Assembly: GCA_027493875.1 (NCBI GenBank)
Contig: JAOSJX010000008.1
Location: 1-64,000 of the forward strand
DNA length: 64,000 bases
DNA from: Deltaproteobacteria bacterium
GTDB lineage: Bacteria > Lernaellota > Lernaellaia > JACKCT01
Direction of reading: 5' to 3'
A program made the translations under genes and the position numbers. This document shows, piece by piece, positions 29,879 through 40,020 of the stretch; the first letter of the stretch is position 1, and the number at the start of each line of letters is the position of its first letter. The notes below the pieces were generated by a model. The model was given only the letters and a program-made list of their open reading frames with translations. It did not search any database and was not told the origin of the DNA.

Positions 29879-31330
29879 ATGCCATCCAAGACGGGCTTCC
29901 TCGAAGAACTGAGCGACCAGGATTACGAGCGCTTCCGCGACCTGCTCCTGCGGCGCAGCGGCCTGCACTTCCCGCAGCCCAAGCGGCGCGACCTGGAGAT
30001 GGGCATCCGCTATGCCATGCGCGACGCCGACGAGATTGACCTGGACAGTTTCTACCAGCGCCTCTCTATCGGCAAGACCACTGACCTCAACTGGGAAAAC
30101 CTGATCCAGCACATCACCATCGGCGAGACGTATTTCTTCCGTAACGCGGCCCACTTCAACGCCCTGCGCAAGCACATCCTCCCGCCCCTGATCGACGAGC
30201 GCCGGCGCAACGGCCTGCACATGCTCCGGCTCTGGAGCGCGGGCTGCGCCACCGGTGAGGAGCCTTACTCGCTGGCGATCCTGCTCCGCCACATGCTGCC
30301 GGACATCGCCAACTGGCACACCATGATTCTGGGCACGGACATCAACCGCGAAAGCCTGATGGCGGCGCAGCGCGGCGTCTACCGCTCGTGGTCCTTCCGC
30401 TCCGAGACGCCCGAAAGCGCCAGGAGCCTCTACTTCCGGCAGTACGGCGACCGGTACGAACTCAACCCCGACATACGCAACATGGTCACGTTTGGCTACC
30501 TGAACCTGGTGCGCGCGACCTACCCCGCCGTCGAGAGCCACACCGTCGGCCTCGACTTGATCGTGTGCCGCAACGTGAGCATCTACTTCGACCACGAGAC
30601 CACCCGCGCCATGATCCAGCGCTTCTACGACGCCCTCCTCGACGGTGGCTGGCTGTTGCTGGGCCATTCGGAGACGATGCCGGGCGGGTTTGAGAAGCAG
30701 TTCCAGGCCGTGTCCTTCGCCGGCGCGGTGGCTTACCGGAAGCTTGGGACCTCCGCGACGCAGGCGCTGGCGCGCCTGACATCAGGGCGCGCTGCCGCCA
30801 CGATGGAGGCTGCGCCTCCGCCCCCGCCGGACTATTATCAGCTTGCGCTGGCGCTGGTGGACACCGGCCACCCCAACCGCGCGCGCGAGCAACTGCTCCG
30901 GCTGCTGAGCGAGAACCCGCGCCACACCGAAGCCTGCTGGCTGATGGGCAAAATCCACGCCGACCAGGGCCAGTGGAGCGACGCCGAGAACTGGCTCAAG
31001 CAGGCGACGCGCATCGACCCGCTGATGGCGCCGGCGCACTACCTGCTCGGCCTGATTTACGAGCAGCAGGGTCACGCGGAGCAGGCCATCGCGGCGTACA
31101 AGCGCGCGCTGTACGCCGACCGGCATTTTATTCTGGGGCACTTCAGCCTGGCGAACCTGTACGCGGACAAGGGGATGGTGCGCGAGGCGCGCCGCCACTG
31201 GCTCAACGCCGCCGAGCTGCTCTACCGGCACGCGCTCGACGACATCATCCCGTTCTCCGACGGCCTGAGCGTGCGCCGCCTGCTGCCGGTGGTGCTGGGG
31301 CGGCTGGGCGGCGCGTTCAACCGGCGCTAG
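29879..31330 (+). CDS. cheR: CheR-type chemotaxis protein methyltransferase fused to C-terminal TPR repeats
   Basis: CheR N and SAM-MTase motifs ETYFFRN, LRLWSAGCATGEEPYSLAI, LIVCRNVSIYF; TPR repeats at C-term. Confidence 0.8.
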   Translation: MPSKTGFLEELSDQDYERFRDLLLRRSGLHFPQPKRRDLEMGIRYAMRDADEIDLDSFYQRLSIGKTTDLNWENLIQHITIGETYFFRNAAHFNALRKHILPPLIDERRRNGLHMLRLWSAGCATGEEPYSLAILLRHMLPDIANWHTMILGTDINRESLMAAQRGVYRSWSFRSETPESARSLYFRQYGDRYELNPDIRNMVTFGYLNLVRATYPAVESHTVGLDLIVCRNVSIYFDHETTRAMIQRFYDALLDGGWLLLGHSETMPGGFEKQFQAVSFAGAVAYRKLGTSATQALARLTSGRAAATMEAAPPPPPDYYQLALALVDTGHPNRAREQLLRLLSENPRHTEACWLMGKIHADQGQWSDAENWLKQATRIDPLMAPAHYLLGLIYEQQGHAEQAIAAYKRALYADRHFILGHFSLANLYADKGMVREARRHWLNAAELLYRHALDDIIPFSDGLSVRRLLPVVLGRLGGAFNRR

Positions 31331-31450
31331 CGCGCGCTCCGGTTTGACCTCATCCCACGCCGCGCTTGCGGCGGAGGTGAGGAAAGAGGTCACGCGATTC
31401 GCTGTCGGGTCAGAATCTGCGCCAGGCGCTGATTGCGAGGTCGGACGAAA

Positions 31451-31975
31451 ATGGCTGACGAAAAAGGAACGACATCACAGGGGAGCCGGCTGGGGCCGCC
31501 GGCGCTCTCGCCCTCTGCGCACGACATGGGCACGCTGCAGGTGCTCGGTTTCCGCCTGGGCGACCAGTTCTACGGGTTTGACGTGTCGAACGTGTACGAG
31601 GTCTCGCGCATGGTGGCGGTCACCGAGCTGCCGGACAGCCCGCCCGAAGTGCTCGGCGTGGTCAACTACCGGGGCAACATCATCCCGGTGGTTGACTTGC
31701 GCCTGCGCTTCGGCCTTGCGCCGCGCGAGAGCGGGCTGAACACGCCGATCATCATTGCCTGGAGCGGCGAATACGCCTGCGGCCTGGTCGTCGATGAGGT
31801 CAGCGAGGTGCTCTCGCTCGAACCGGGCGCGGTCATGTCGCCGGAGGCGTTCGGGCAGGCGGCGCACCACATCGCCGGCGTGGCCCGGCTCGATGACGGC
31901 CTGCTGCTGATCGTCAACCCCGCCGATATTGTGACCGAGGAGACGGTCAGGCAGGTCGCCGACGCCAAGGACTGA
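31451..31975 (+). CDS. cheW: CheW-like chemotaxis coupling protein
   Basis: LQVLGFRLGDQFYGFDVSNVYEV...GVVNYRGNIIPVVDLR...GLVVDEVSEVL CheW domain. Confidence 0.8.
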   Translation: MADEKGTTSQGSRLGPPALSPSAHDMGTLQVLGFRLGDQFYGFDVSNVYEVSRMVAVTELPDSPPEVLGVVNYRGNIIPVVDLRLRFGLAPRESGLNTPIIIAWSGEYACGLVVDEVSEVLSLEPGAVMSPEAFGQAAHHIAGVARLDDGLLLIVNPADIVTEETVRQVADAKD

Positions 31976-32009
31976 CGCCACACAACCCAACAACGTGAAA
32001 GGTGGGCAC

Positions 32010-33150
32010 ATGCCAAAGAAGGTTCTCGTGAGCGGGTGCTTTGACCTGCTCCACAGCGGCCACATCGCGTTCCTCCGGGAGGCCGCGTCATACGGCGACC
32101 TGTACGTCGCGCTCGGCTCGGACGCGACGGTGTTCGACCTAAAGGGCCGGCTGCCGATCAACAACGAGCAGGAGCGCCGCTTCATGGTTGGCGCGCTGGA
32201 CTGCGTGAAGGAGGCGTTCATCTCTTCCGGGTCGGGGATTCTGGATTTCGTCAACGAAATGCGCGCAATCAAGCCGGACATCTTTGTCGTCAATGAGGAT
32301 GGCAACACGCCGCAGAAAGAGGCGCTGTGCCGCGAGGAGGGCATCGAGTACATTGTGCTCCGCCGCGTGCCCTACGCCGACCTCCCGGCGCGCTCCACCA
32401 CCGACCTGCGCCGCATCAACCTGATGCCCTACCGGATCGACCTGGCCGGCGGCTGGCTCGACCAGCCGTTCGTCTCCCAAACTGTATCCCGGCGCGGTCA
32501 TCACCGTCTCGCTCGAACCGACGATTGCGTTCAACGAGCGCAGCGGCATGGCGACCAGCACGCGCAACAGCGCCATCGAACTGTGGGGACCGCGGCTACC
32601 CGCCGGCGACCCGGAGAAGCTGGCGAAGGTCCTGTTCCGCTACGACAACCCGCCGGGCACGGTGGACGTCTCTGGCGCGCAGGATGCCATCGGCATTGCG
32701 ATGCCCGGCCTGAACTACTCGTACTATGAGAGCGCGTACTGGCCGGTGCGCATCGACAAGGTGCTCGACGAACTCACGCTCCAGTTTGTCGAGGACGCGC
32801 TGAACCTCATCCCGCTCGGCCCGCGCGACGGCGACTACGACCCGCTCCGCCGGCGCAACATCACGGTGGAGGGGCGAGGGCGCTTGCCGAAGCGACCGAC
32901 CGCTGCTGGGACGCCATCCGCGCGCGCGACCTGGCGCAGTTCGGCCACTACGTCCGGCGTTCGTTCGAGGCGCAGGTCGCCATGTTCCCCGACATGGTCA
33001 ACGACATGATCCGCGACCTGATCGCGCGCTACCGCGATGTCGCCGCCGGCTGGAAACTCTCCGGGGCGGGCGGCGGCGGCTACCTGATCCTGGTGTCTGA
33101 CAGGCCGGTTGAGGGCGCTGTCCGGGTGGTGGTCCGGCGCGCGCTGACGT
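32010..33150 (+). CDS. Bifunctional cytidylyltransferase-like (HxGH nucleotidyltransferase) + GHMP-kinase-family protein; two frameshifts (near 32490 and 32880)
   Basis: N-term [20 protein letters not shown] (CTP_transf_like HIGH motif); downstream frames give GHMP kinase parts [27 protein letters not shown] and C-term [16 protein letters not shown]. Confidence 0.55.
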
Positions 33151-33226
33151 GACGGGCGGCGCGTGGGCATCCGGTCGAGATCGCTCATCGTCAAGTTCGC
33201 CAAGAGGAGATGAGGAGACAACAATC

Positions 33227-34215
33227 ATGGAATACCGCAAACTTGGCCGCACCGGCCTCAAGGTGAGCGCGTTGTGCCTGGGGACGATGACGTTCCGCTG
33301 GACGAGCACCGAGGCGGAATCGCTCCAGGTGCTCGACGCCGCGTGGGACGCGGGCATCAACTTCATCGACACCGCCGATGTGTACAGCCGCTGGGCGGAG
33401 GGCAACCCCGGCGGCGTGGCGGAGGAGATCATCGGCAAGTGGCTCAAGGGGAAGCCCCGCGACGAGATCGTGATCGCCACCAAGGTCCGGGGGCGCAGTG
33501 GGACGGCCCCAACGGCGAGGGGCTGAGCCGCCAGCACATCATGGCCGCCGTCGAGCACAGCCTGCGCCGTCTCGGCGTCGAGACGATTGACCTGTACCAG
33601 GTACACTGGCCCGACCACGACACCCCGCTGGAGGAGACGCTGCGCGCGCTGGATGACCTGGTGCAGAGCGGGAAGGTGCGCTACATCGGCGCGAGCAACT
33701 ACCGCGCCTGGCTGCTGACCAAGGCGCTGTGGGTCAGCGATAAGCACGGCTATGCGCGCTTCGACTCGATCCAGCCGCATTATCACCTGCTCAACCGGCC
33801 TGAGGTCGAGCCGGAGCTTGCCGAACTCTGCCTCGACCAGGGCGTGGGCATGATCCCCTATAGCCCGCTGGCGGGTGGCTTCCTGACCGGCAAGTACACG
33901 CGCGCCCACCTCCCGGAGAAGGCGCGCTTCACCGAGGAAGGGGAGAAGGAAACCCTGGCAGCGTTGATGACGGAGGCGAACTTCGCCGTGCTCGACGCGC
34001 TCCGCGAGATGGGGGAGGCGCGCGGCAAGAGCGTGCTGCAGATGGCGCTGGGCTGGCTGTTGACGCTGCCCTACGTGACCGCGCCCATCATCGGCGCGAA
34101 CACCGTCGCGCAGCTTGAGGGTTCGCTGGGCGCGGTGGACCTGCGCCTGACCGAAGCGGAAATGGACCGCCTCGACGCTGTGACGGGCGTCAAGCGCGTG
34201 GCGAGCGGCGGGTAG
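33227..34215 (+). CDS. Aldo/keto reductase; frameshift at G5 run near 33490
   Basis: [23 protein letters not shown]... IDTADVY ... YQVHWPD ... AKR signatures. Confidence 0.75.
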
Positions 34216-34349
34216 GCGGGTGCGCGGCGCGGCCTGCGCCGGCCCTCGGATTTCGGTGTCTCTCTCTTTCGTGCTGTTGCTGAGGCGTTTGGCTTGATGC
34301 GCCACCTGGCGCGCCACCTGGCGTGTCCGGAGGTGGCTTTCGGCTGCCT

Positions 34350-34412
34350 ACCTCACCCCCCGCCGCGCTAGCGCGCTTCCCCATTCGATGGAGAGGGGGT
34401 TAGGGGGTGAGG
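34350..34412. repeat. REP-like palindromic element, same family as 19787-19905 (CCTCACCCCCC ... GGGGGTGAGG with internal GCGCGCTAGCGCGC)
   Basis: Read directly between convergent AKR and PHP genes. Confidence 0.45.
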
Positions 34413-34457
34413 TCAACCAAACCGCATCATCGCACCAACACTTCACGGGGAGACTGC

Positions 34458-35262
34458 TCAGATTTCAACCCAGTCGAGCACGCGGCGGGCCTGGAAGCGG
34501 CACAGGCGCGTGAAGCCCGCGTGGAGCGCCACGTCCCGCGCCACCGCGAAGCAAAGTCCCAGGTGTTCGGTCGTGTGCGCGTCCGATCCGACGGTGAGCA
34601 GTTCGCCGCCCATTTCCCTGTACCAGCGCAGCACCGGCAGGCCGGGGAACGTCTGCTGGAGCGCGCGCCGCATCCCTGACGTGTTGATTTCGATGGCGAT
34701 GCCGCCCTCCGATGCAGGCGCGCAGAATCGGGCGGATGAGGTCGCCATACGGCTCAATGTCGAAGCGGCCATAGAAGTCGAAGCCGTGGCGGCGCACCAC
34801 GTCGAGGTGGCCGAGGATGTCGAAGCCGCCGTGCCGGACCATCGCCAGCATCTCGGTGAAGTAAAGCTCGGCCACCTGGTCAACAGTGCGGTTGTGGAAG
34901 AAGCGGTTGTCGAAGACCACGCCGTTCTTGACCCAGTGCAGCGACCCAATAACGTAGTCGTAAGGGTGGGCGTCCAGGACGGGCTTTACCTCGTCCATGA
35001 AGCGGTGCGGCTCGCCCACCTCGACGCCGGCGCGGACGGTGAGCGCCGGGAACGCGGCGCGGCACGCCTCCAGGTCGGCCCAGTAGGCGTCAGGTTCGTA
35101 GTAGCCGTGGCAGAAGTCCAGTGGGTGGCGGTCAAAGTGGTCGGTGAAGCCGATCTCTGGCATGGCGATGGCGACGGCCTGGCGGCACATCTCGGCCATG
35201 CTGGCTTTGCCGTCGCATGAATGCGTGGTGTGCATGTGATAGTCGTAAGGCAACACGGGCAT
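34458..35262 (-). CDS. HisJ-family histidinol-phosphatase-like PHP domain protein; frameshift near 34690
   Basis: N-term YDYHMHTTHSCDG, C-term GSDAHTTEHLG PHP motifs in two overlapping frames. Confidence 0.65.
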
Positions 35263-35435
35263 CAGGCATTCTCTCGCAGCTATTGTACTGATGACGCCAT
35301 TTTAGCCCAGTCGCGCGCATATACCTTGTGCAAGGGGCACAAAAGCGAAGAACCCCGCGTTGTCGCGCGGGGTTCTGTTCTATAACCGCACCGGCTCACG
35401 CCGGGCGCGTATTGTAACCGAGTGACTGGTCAGGA

Positions 35436-35816
35436 TCAGGCGCGTTGTTGACGGAGGTGGCGATGTTGTCGGCTCTTATGGCGAACGCTGAGGCTGGTCC
35501 GGCGGTGGGTGACCAACTGCCCTCGAATCAGGCTGGTCCAGCGCCGGTCGCGCCAGCGGCGGATGCGCTTGAACGTCGGCATGTTCGCGCCGAAGCGCTT
35601 GGTCCATGTGCGCCGGAGCGCCAGACTGGACCTTCTGCGATCCTCCTTATGCCTGGAGTCGGTCAAGAGCACCCGATTTGAGTCTACTTTCGTCATGCCG
35701 GTCTCCTTCCAATCAAAATACTTTGCCACAGCCTGCATGCCGTTTCGCTCGATAGACCCTCCCTCCTTGTTAAAGTGCGTCAATTGCATTATCAGGGACG
35801 GCGCGGCCAGAGTCAA
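35436..35816 (-). mobile_element. Possible degenerate IS-element fragment (transposase N-terminal DUF4096-like segment with RRW motif), lower-GC patch; flanked by perfect palindrome at 35837-35863
   Basis: 126-aa Arg-rich ORF FGANMPTFKRIRRWRDRRW; local GC drop; TCAGGGACACCGCGCCGGTGTCCCTGA palindrome and a related TCAGGGACGGCGCGGCC copy nearby. Confidence 0.3.
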
Positions 35817-35903
35817 GTTATAATTGCATGAGAATCGTCAGGGACACCGCGCCGGTGTCCCTGATGTGTTTCTATCGGGCAGTCCGGGTTGCGTGCGTGG
35901 GGC

Positions 35904-37302
35904 TTAAAGGTTGATCATTTCGCCTTCCAGGCCGTGCGCGGCTTCCATGACCGCCTCGGAGAGCGTGGGGTGCGCGTGCACGTTGCGCGCGATCTCCTCC
36001 GGCGTGAGTTCCGCGAAGCGCGCGAGCGTCAGTTCGGGCAGCAGCTCGGTCACGCCGGGGCCGATCAGGTGCGCGCCCAGCATCTCGCCGTACTTCGCGT
36101 CGGAGATCAGCTTGACGAAGCCGGCGGCCTCGCCCAGGGCGAGCGCCTTGCCGTTCGGCTGGAAGGGGAACTTGGCGACGTTGATCTCGAAGCCGGCCTC
36201 GCGCGCCTGCGCTTCGGTATACCCGAAGCTGGCGACCTGCGGCTGGCAGTAGGTGCAGGCCGGCATCATCCGGTAGTCCAGCTCAACTGTATCGACGCCG
36301 GCGATGTTCTCCGCGCACACGATGCCCTGCGCCGAGCCGACGTGCGCCAGCATCTTCGCGCCGGTCACGTCGCCGATGGCCCACACGCCGGGGACGTTGG
36401 TCGCCATGCGCGCGTCGATCTTCACCGCGCCGTGCTCCGTCAGCGCGACGCCGGTGTTCTCCAGGCCGAAGCCCTCGGTGCGCGGCGCGAAGCCGATGGC
36501 CTGAAGGACCTGCGCCGCCTCAATGGTCTGTTCTTTCCCGTCCTTCGTGAAGGTCACGCGCGCGCCCTCGCCCGTGTCCTCGATGGCCTCGACTTTGGCG
36601 TCGGCCATCACGTTGACGCCCATGCGCTTGTACTGCTTCTCCAGTTCCGCCGAGACTTCTTCGTCCTCCAGCGGCGCGATGCGCGGCATGTACTCCAGCA
36701 GCGTCACCTCGACGCCGTAGTTGTGCATTACGTAGCTGAATTCCGAGGCCGATGGGGCCGGCGCCCACCACGATTGCGCTCTCCGGCAGCGTGTCGGAGA
36801 GGATGGCTTCAAGGTATGTGACCACGTGCGCGCTGACTTCCGTGTTGGGCAGAAGCCGGGTCGTCGCGCCGGTCGCAATCACCACGTTCTCGGCGGTGAG
36901 GGTTTCCTTGCCGCCGTCGTTGAGATCGACCTCGACGGTCTTTGCGTCGGTGAAGGTGGCCCAGCCGTCGTAGGTGTCGATCTTGTTCTTGCGCATGAGG
37001 AACCCGACGCCCTTCACCAGGCGCTCGGAGGTCTTGCGGCTGCGCTTGAAAGCGACGCTGTAGTCGAGCGAGAGGTTGTCGAAACTGAAGCCGAACTCCT
37101 TGCCCCGGTGCCGCAGGATGTGGGCAAGCTCGGCGTTGTAGAGCAGCGCCTTGGAGGGGATGCAGCCCACGTTGAGGCACACGCCGCCCCACCACTGCTT
37201 TTCGACAACCGCGGCCTTGAGGCCAAGCTGCGCCGCGCGGATCGCGCAGGTGTACCCGCCCGGTCCCGCGCCGACGACCAGGACATCGTAAGATTTCGCC
37301 AT
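35904..37302 (-). CDS. lpdA: Dihydrolipoyl dehydrogenase (E3); frameshift near 36760
   Basis: N-term [32 protein letters not shown] redox cysteines; C-term dimerisation HAHPTLSEA in second frame. Confidence 0.85.
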
Positions 37303-37367
37303 GAGGTGTCTGCTCCTTGTTTTAGGGGTCAGGAAAGTTGTTCATACGCCAGCATTCAGAAAACACG

Positions 37368-37992
37368 TCAGCGTTTTGCTTCGTGCATCCACTGCAACAG
37401 ATCGTAGCGGTCGATCAACTCGCACCCGGTCGAGCCGGCGAGCAGGCGCGCGCCGGGCGTGAACGTGCTGTTCGTCACGACCATCGCGTGCGTGCAGCCG
37501 TAGTGCGCCTTGCCCGCGACCGCGTCGCTCACCGCCCGCCGGGATACTTTCTGGCCGGTGTAGCGCTTCACCTGGACCGCGTACTTCACCCCCCGCCATC
37601 GACGCCACAAGGTCCACGCCCAGGTCGCCCGCGCCGCCCGTTGGCGCGACGCGGAACCCGCGCCCTGCCATCAGTTGGGCGACAAAGTGTTCGAAGTTCG
37701 GCCCGCTCATCGCGTCCACGTCGGCGAGTTCCGCCACGCGCGGGCTGTTGCGCCTGAAATACGGCGCGAGAAGGCCGGTCAGCGCCGGCAGAATCCGGCG
37801 CCCGGCGAAGAAGGCGACGACCGCCGCGAACACCAGCGCAGCACCGGCAGCCAGCGCCGGCGCAACCGTCGCCACGAGCGCCGGCGGGAGCACCACGGCG
37901 ACCAGAATCACCGTAAGCACGAGCGCCGCCGTGCGCACCAGCCATGTCCAAAAACGATTCGTGGTTCGCCGCAATGACCTTCGCCGCTTCAC
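37368..37992 (-). CDS. Membrane-anchored restriction-endonuclease-like protein (Mrr_cat/PD-(D/E)xK catalytic domain with N-terminal TM helices); frameshift near 37600
   Basis: TM-rich N-term; GGAGDLGVDLVA then alternate frame YAVQVKRYTGQKVSRRAVSDAVAGKAHYGCTHAMVVTNSTFTPGARLLAGSTGCELIDRYDL matches Mrr catalytic core. Confidence 0.5.
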
Positions 37993-38089
37993 GCGGTTTG
38001 CCTCAACCTGTCAGCCAGAATATACCACGATTGCCTGTAACCGTCAGACGCGGTGGGCATCCGGAGGCCATGAAAAAGTCTGGAAGTGG

Positions 38090-38185
38090 AGATTCGTGCC
38101 CAAAGATTCGTAGCACGAAGATGCGAAGTCACGAAAGGCTGGGCGCATGTTTCGCGCCTTTCGTGTCTTCGTGTTTCAATCCGTG
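38090..38185. repeat. Intergenic repeat element copy A: array of CACGAA / TTCGTG half-sites with nested palindrome CACGAAAGGC...GCCTTTCGTG around TGGGCGCAT core
   Basis: Read directly; near-duplicate at 47495-47600; both lie just upstream of a minus-strand gene start. Confidence 0.45.
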
Positions 38186-38201
38186 TTGCCTCCGGACTTT
38201 G

Positions 38202-39797
38202 TCATGCAAAGGGGCGTCCGCGCCGCCGGGCGGGAGTGGGGGCTACCCGCCGTTTTCCTTGAGGCCGCGCAGCGCAGTAGAGCGGCACCGGGGCGGCCTT
38301 GCCCTTCAGGGGGAACGCGCCGAGGTACGCGCACTCGAACGCTGCGGCAATCTGCGTGTGCATATCTTCGGTCATCAGCACCTGGTTCGCCTCCGCGCGC
38401 GCCATCAGCCTGGCGGCGGTATTGACGACATCGCTGTGGATGTTGAAGTCCCGCCGCCCGCGCGGCTCGCCGATCTCGCCCGCGAACGCCGGCCCATACG
38501 AGAGGCCGATCTGGCAGGTGAGGCGCGCCGGTTCCCCGCCGATTGTTGGCGGCGTCTGCCTCACGATTGCGTCCCGGATCGCGAGCGCCGCCCGCGCCGC
38601 GCGCACCGGGTCGTCGGTATGGGCGTTCGGGACGCCGAAGTAGATCAGCACGCCCGAACCGTGCGGGTGGTAGGTCACGTCCTTGAGCACGCCGCCGCCC
38701 GCCTCGACCGCCGCATTAATCAGCGCGAACATGCGCGAGAAGCCGCCGACCAGCCCCGGCTCCTCTTCCGGGAGCGCGCGGTCGGCGGACTCGGAGAGGC
38801 CGGCCAGGCTCACGAAGATCACCGACAGGTTCGTGAACTGCGGCGCGATCTGCCGGCGACCGGGGTTCTCCACCAGCATGTTGAGGATCGGCATCGGCAG
38901 GTAGCTCGCCACCGGCTCGACGACGCGCACGGCGTCCTCGATCTCGCTCAGCAGGCCGGGGACGCTGCTGTCAAGCAGCAGCGCCCGTTGCGAGCGGCGG
39001 CGCGGCAGCGTGATGTCGTACTCGCCAAGCTGGTCGCCGGTGAGGTCGTCCAGCACCAGGTAGTGATCCGCGCCCCTGGGCGCGCACCGAAACTCTCCCT
39101 TGATGCGCGCGTAGGCGGCCCCGGTGAGGCACACCCTGCCCGGCTCGCCGTCGCCCTCCGCGCGCTTGGTCAGGAGCACGTTCCGCCCCAGGAGCACGTG
39201 CGTCATGCGGCGCGGCGTGCCGATGTCGGCGGTGAGGAAGCGCCCGGTGTGCACGCCGATGCGCATCTGGAGCGCAAGCGCGCCGTGCTCGGTCTCGATC
39301 TGTGCGAACGCGCGCATCGCGCGCTGCATCCGCAGCCCGGCGCGGACCGCCTGCGCCGTGTCGTTGAGGCGCGGGTCGGCCTCGAACTCAACCAGGATGG
39401 CGTCGCCGGTGAATTCCAGCAGGTTGCCGCCCGACTTGCTGACGACCTCGATCATCTGCGTGAAGTAATCGTTGAGCACGCCCAGCACGCGCATCGCGCC
39501 CGCGCGCCCGTAGGGGGCGTGCGCCTCCATAAGGGGCGTGAAGCCCTTGAGGTCGGTGAACAGGAGCGTGCCCTCGTGCCACGCCCAGTGGATCTCGCCC
39601 GGCTTGTGCAGGTTCTCCGACACTTTGCTCGGCACGTAGTCGTACAGGATGCGCTGGAGCGTCTGGAGGTGCTTGAAGACCTGGGTCAGCGTCTCCGACG
39701 AGGGGTCGAGCCAGGCCATCGCGTACAGGTCGGCGGGCAGCAGGGTGCGCAGCCGGGGTTCGAGCGCGGCGAGCAAGGGGGCGTCGGTCGATGCCAT
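38202..39797 (-). CDS. Adenylate/guanylate cyclase with two tandem class III cyclase homology domains
   Basis: Two CHD-like segments (FTDLKGFT...GDAILVEF; NLSVIFVSLAGLSE...GDVTYHP) in one polypeptide; start taken at MASTDAPLL. Confidence 0.7.
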   Translation of the reverse strand: MASTDAPLLAALEPRLRTLLPADLYAMAWLDPSSETLTQVFKHLQTLQRILYDYVPSKVSENLHKPGEIHWAWHEGTLLFTDLKGFTPLMEAHAPYGRAGAMRVLGVLNDYFTQMIEVVSKSGGNLLEFTGDAILVEFEADPRLNDTAQAVRAGLRMQRAMRAFAQIETEHGALALQMRIGVHTGRFLTADIGTPRRMTHVLLGRNVLLTKRAEGDGEPGRVCLTGAAYARIKGEFRCAPRGADHYLVLDDLTGDQLGEYDITLPRRRSQRALLLDSSVPGLLSEIEDAVRVVEPVASYLPMPILNMLVENPGRRQIAPQFTNLSVIFVSLAGLSESADRALPEEEPGLVGGFSRMFALINAAVEAGGGVLKDVTYHPHGSGVLIYFGVPNAHTDDPVRAARAALAIRDAIVRQTPPTIGGEPARLTCQIGLSYGPAFAGEIGEPRGRRDFNIHSDVVNTAARLMARAEANQVLMTEDMHTQIAAAFECAYLGAFPLKGKAAPVPLYCAARPQGKRRVAPTPARRRGRPFA

Positions 39798-39991
39798 CGT
39801 GCGTGTGCTCCTGCATGATGCTTCCGGGGTGGCGCGTAACGCCCCGATTATAAGCGCCTCCGCGCGCGGGACCAAGCGCCGGGGCGAATCTGGATAGCCG
39901 CCAGCCGGGAACGGGGTTTCACCCTTCGCGGTGCGCGCCGGGCACGATGGCGCACCCCCAACGCCAATTGCACCTTCCCACACAAAGCGGG

Positions 39992-40020
39992 TTGACATTC
40001 TCGCCTTGACGTGCTAGAGT
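39992..40020 (+). promoter_or_regulatory. Sigma70-like promoter TTGACA-N17-TAGAGT upstream of the amino-acid ABC operon, followed by a ~260-nt GC-rich structured leader
   Basis: gggTTGACAttctcgccttgacgtgcTAGAGTg read directly; leader contains complementary CCGGGGTTTC / GAGACCCCGG segments. Confidence 0.4.

Noticed and set aside
35889-36821. 310-aa plus-strand ORF
   Set aside because: Antisense to lpdA.
37944-39818. 624-aa plus-strand ORF
   Set aside because: Antisense to the tandem-cyclase gene. Arg/Ala-rich GC-driven reading frame.
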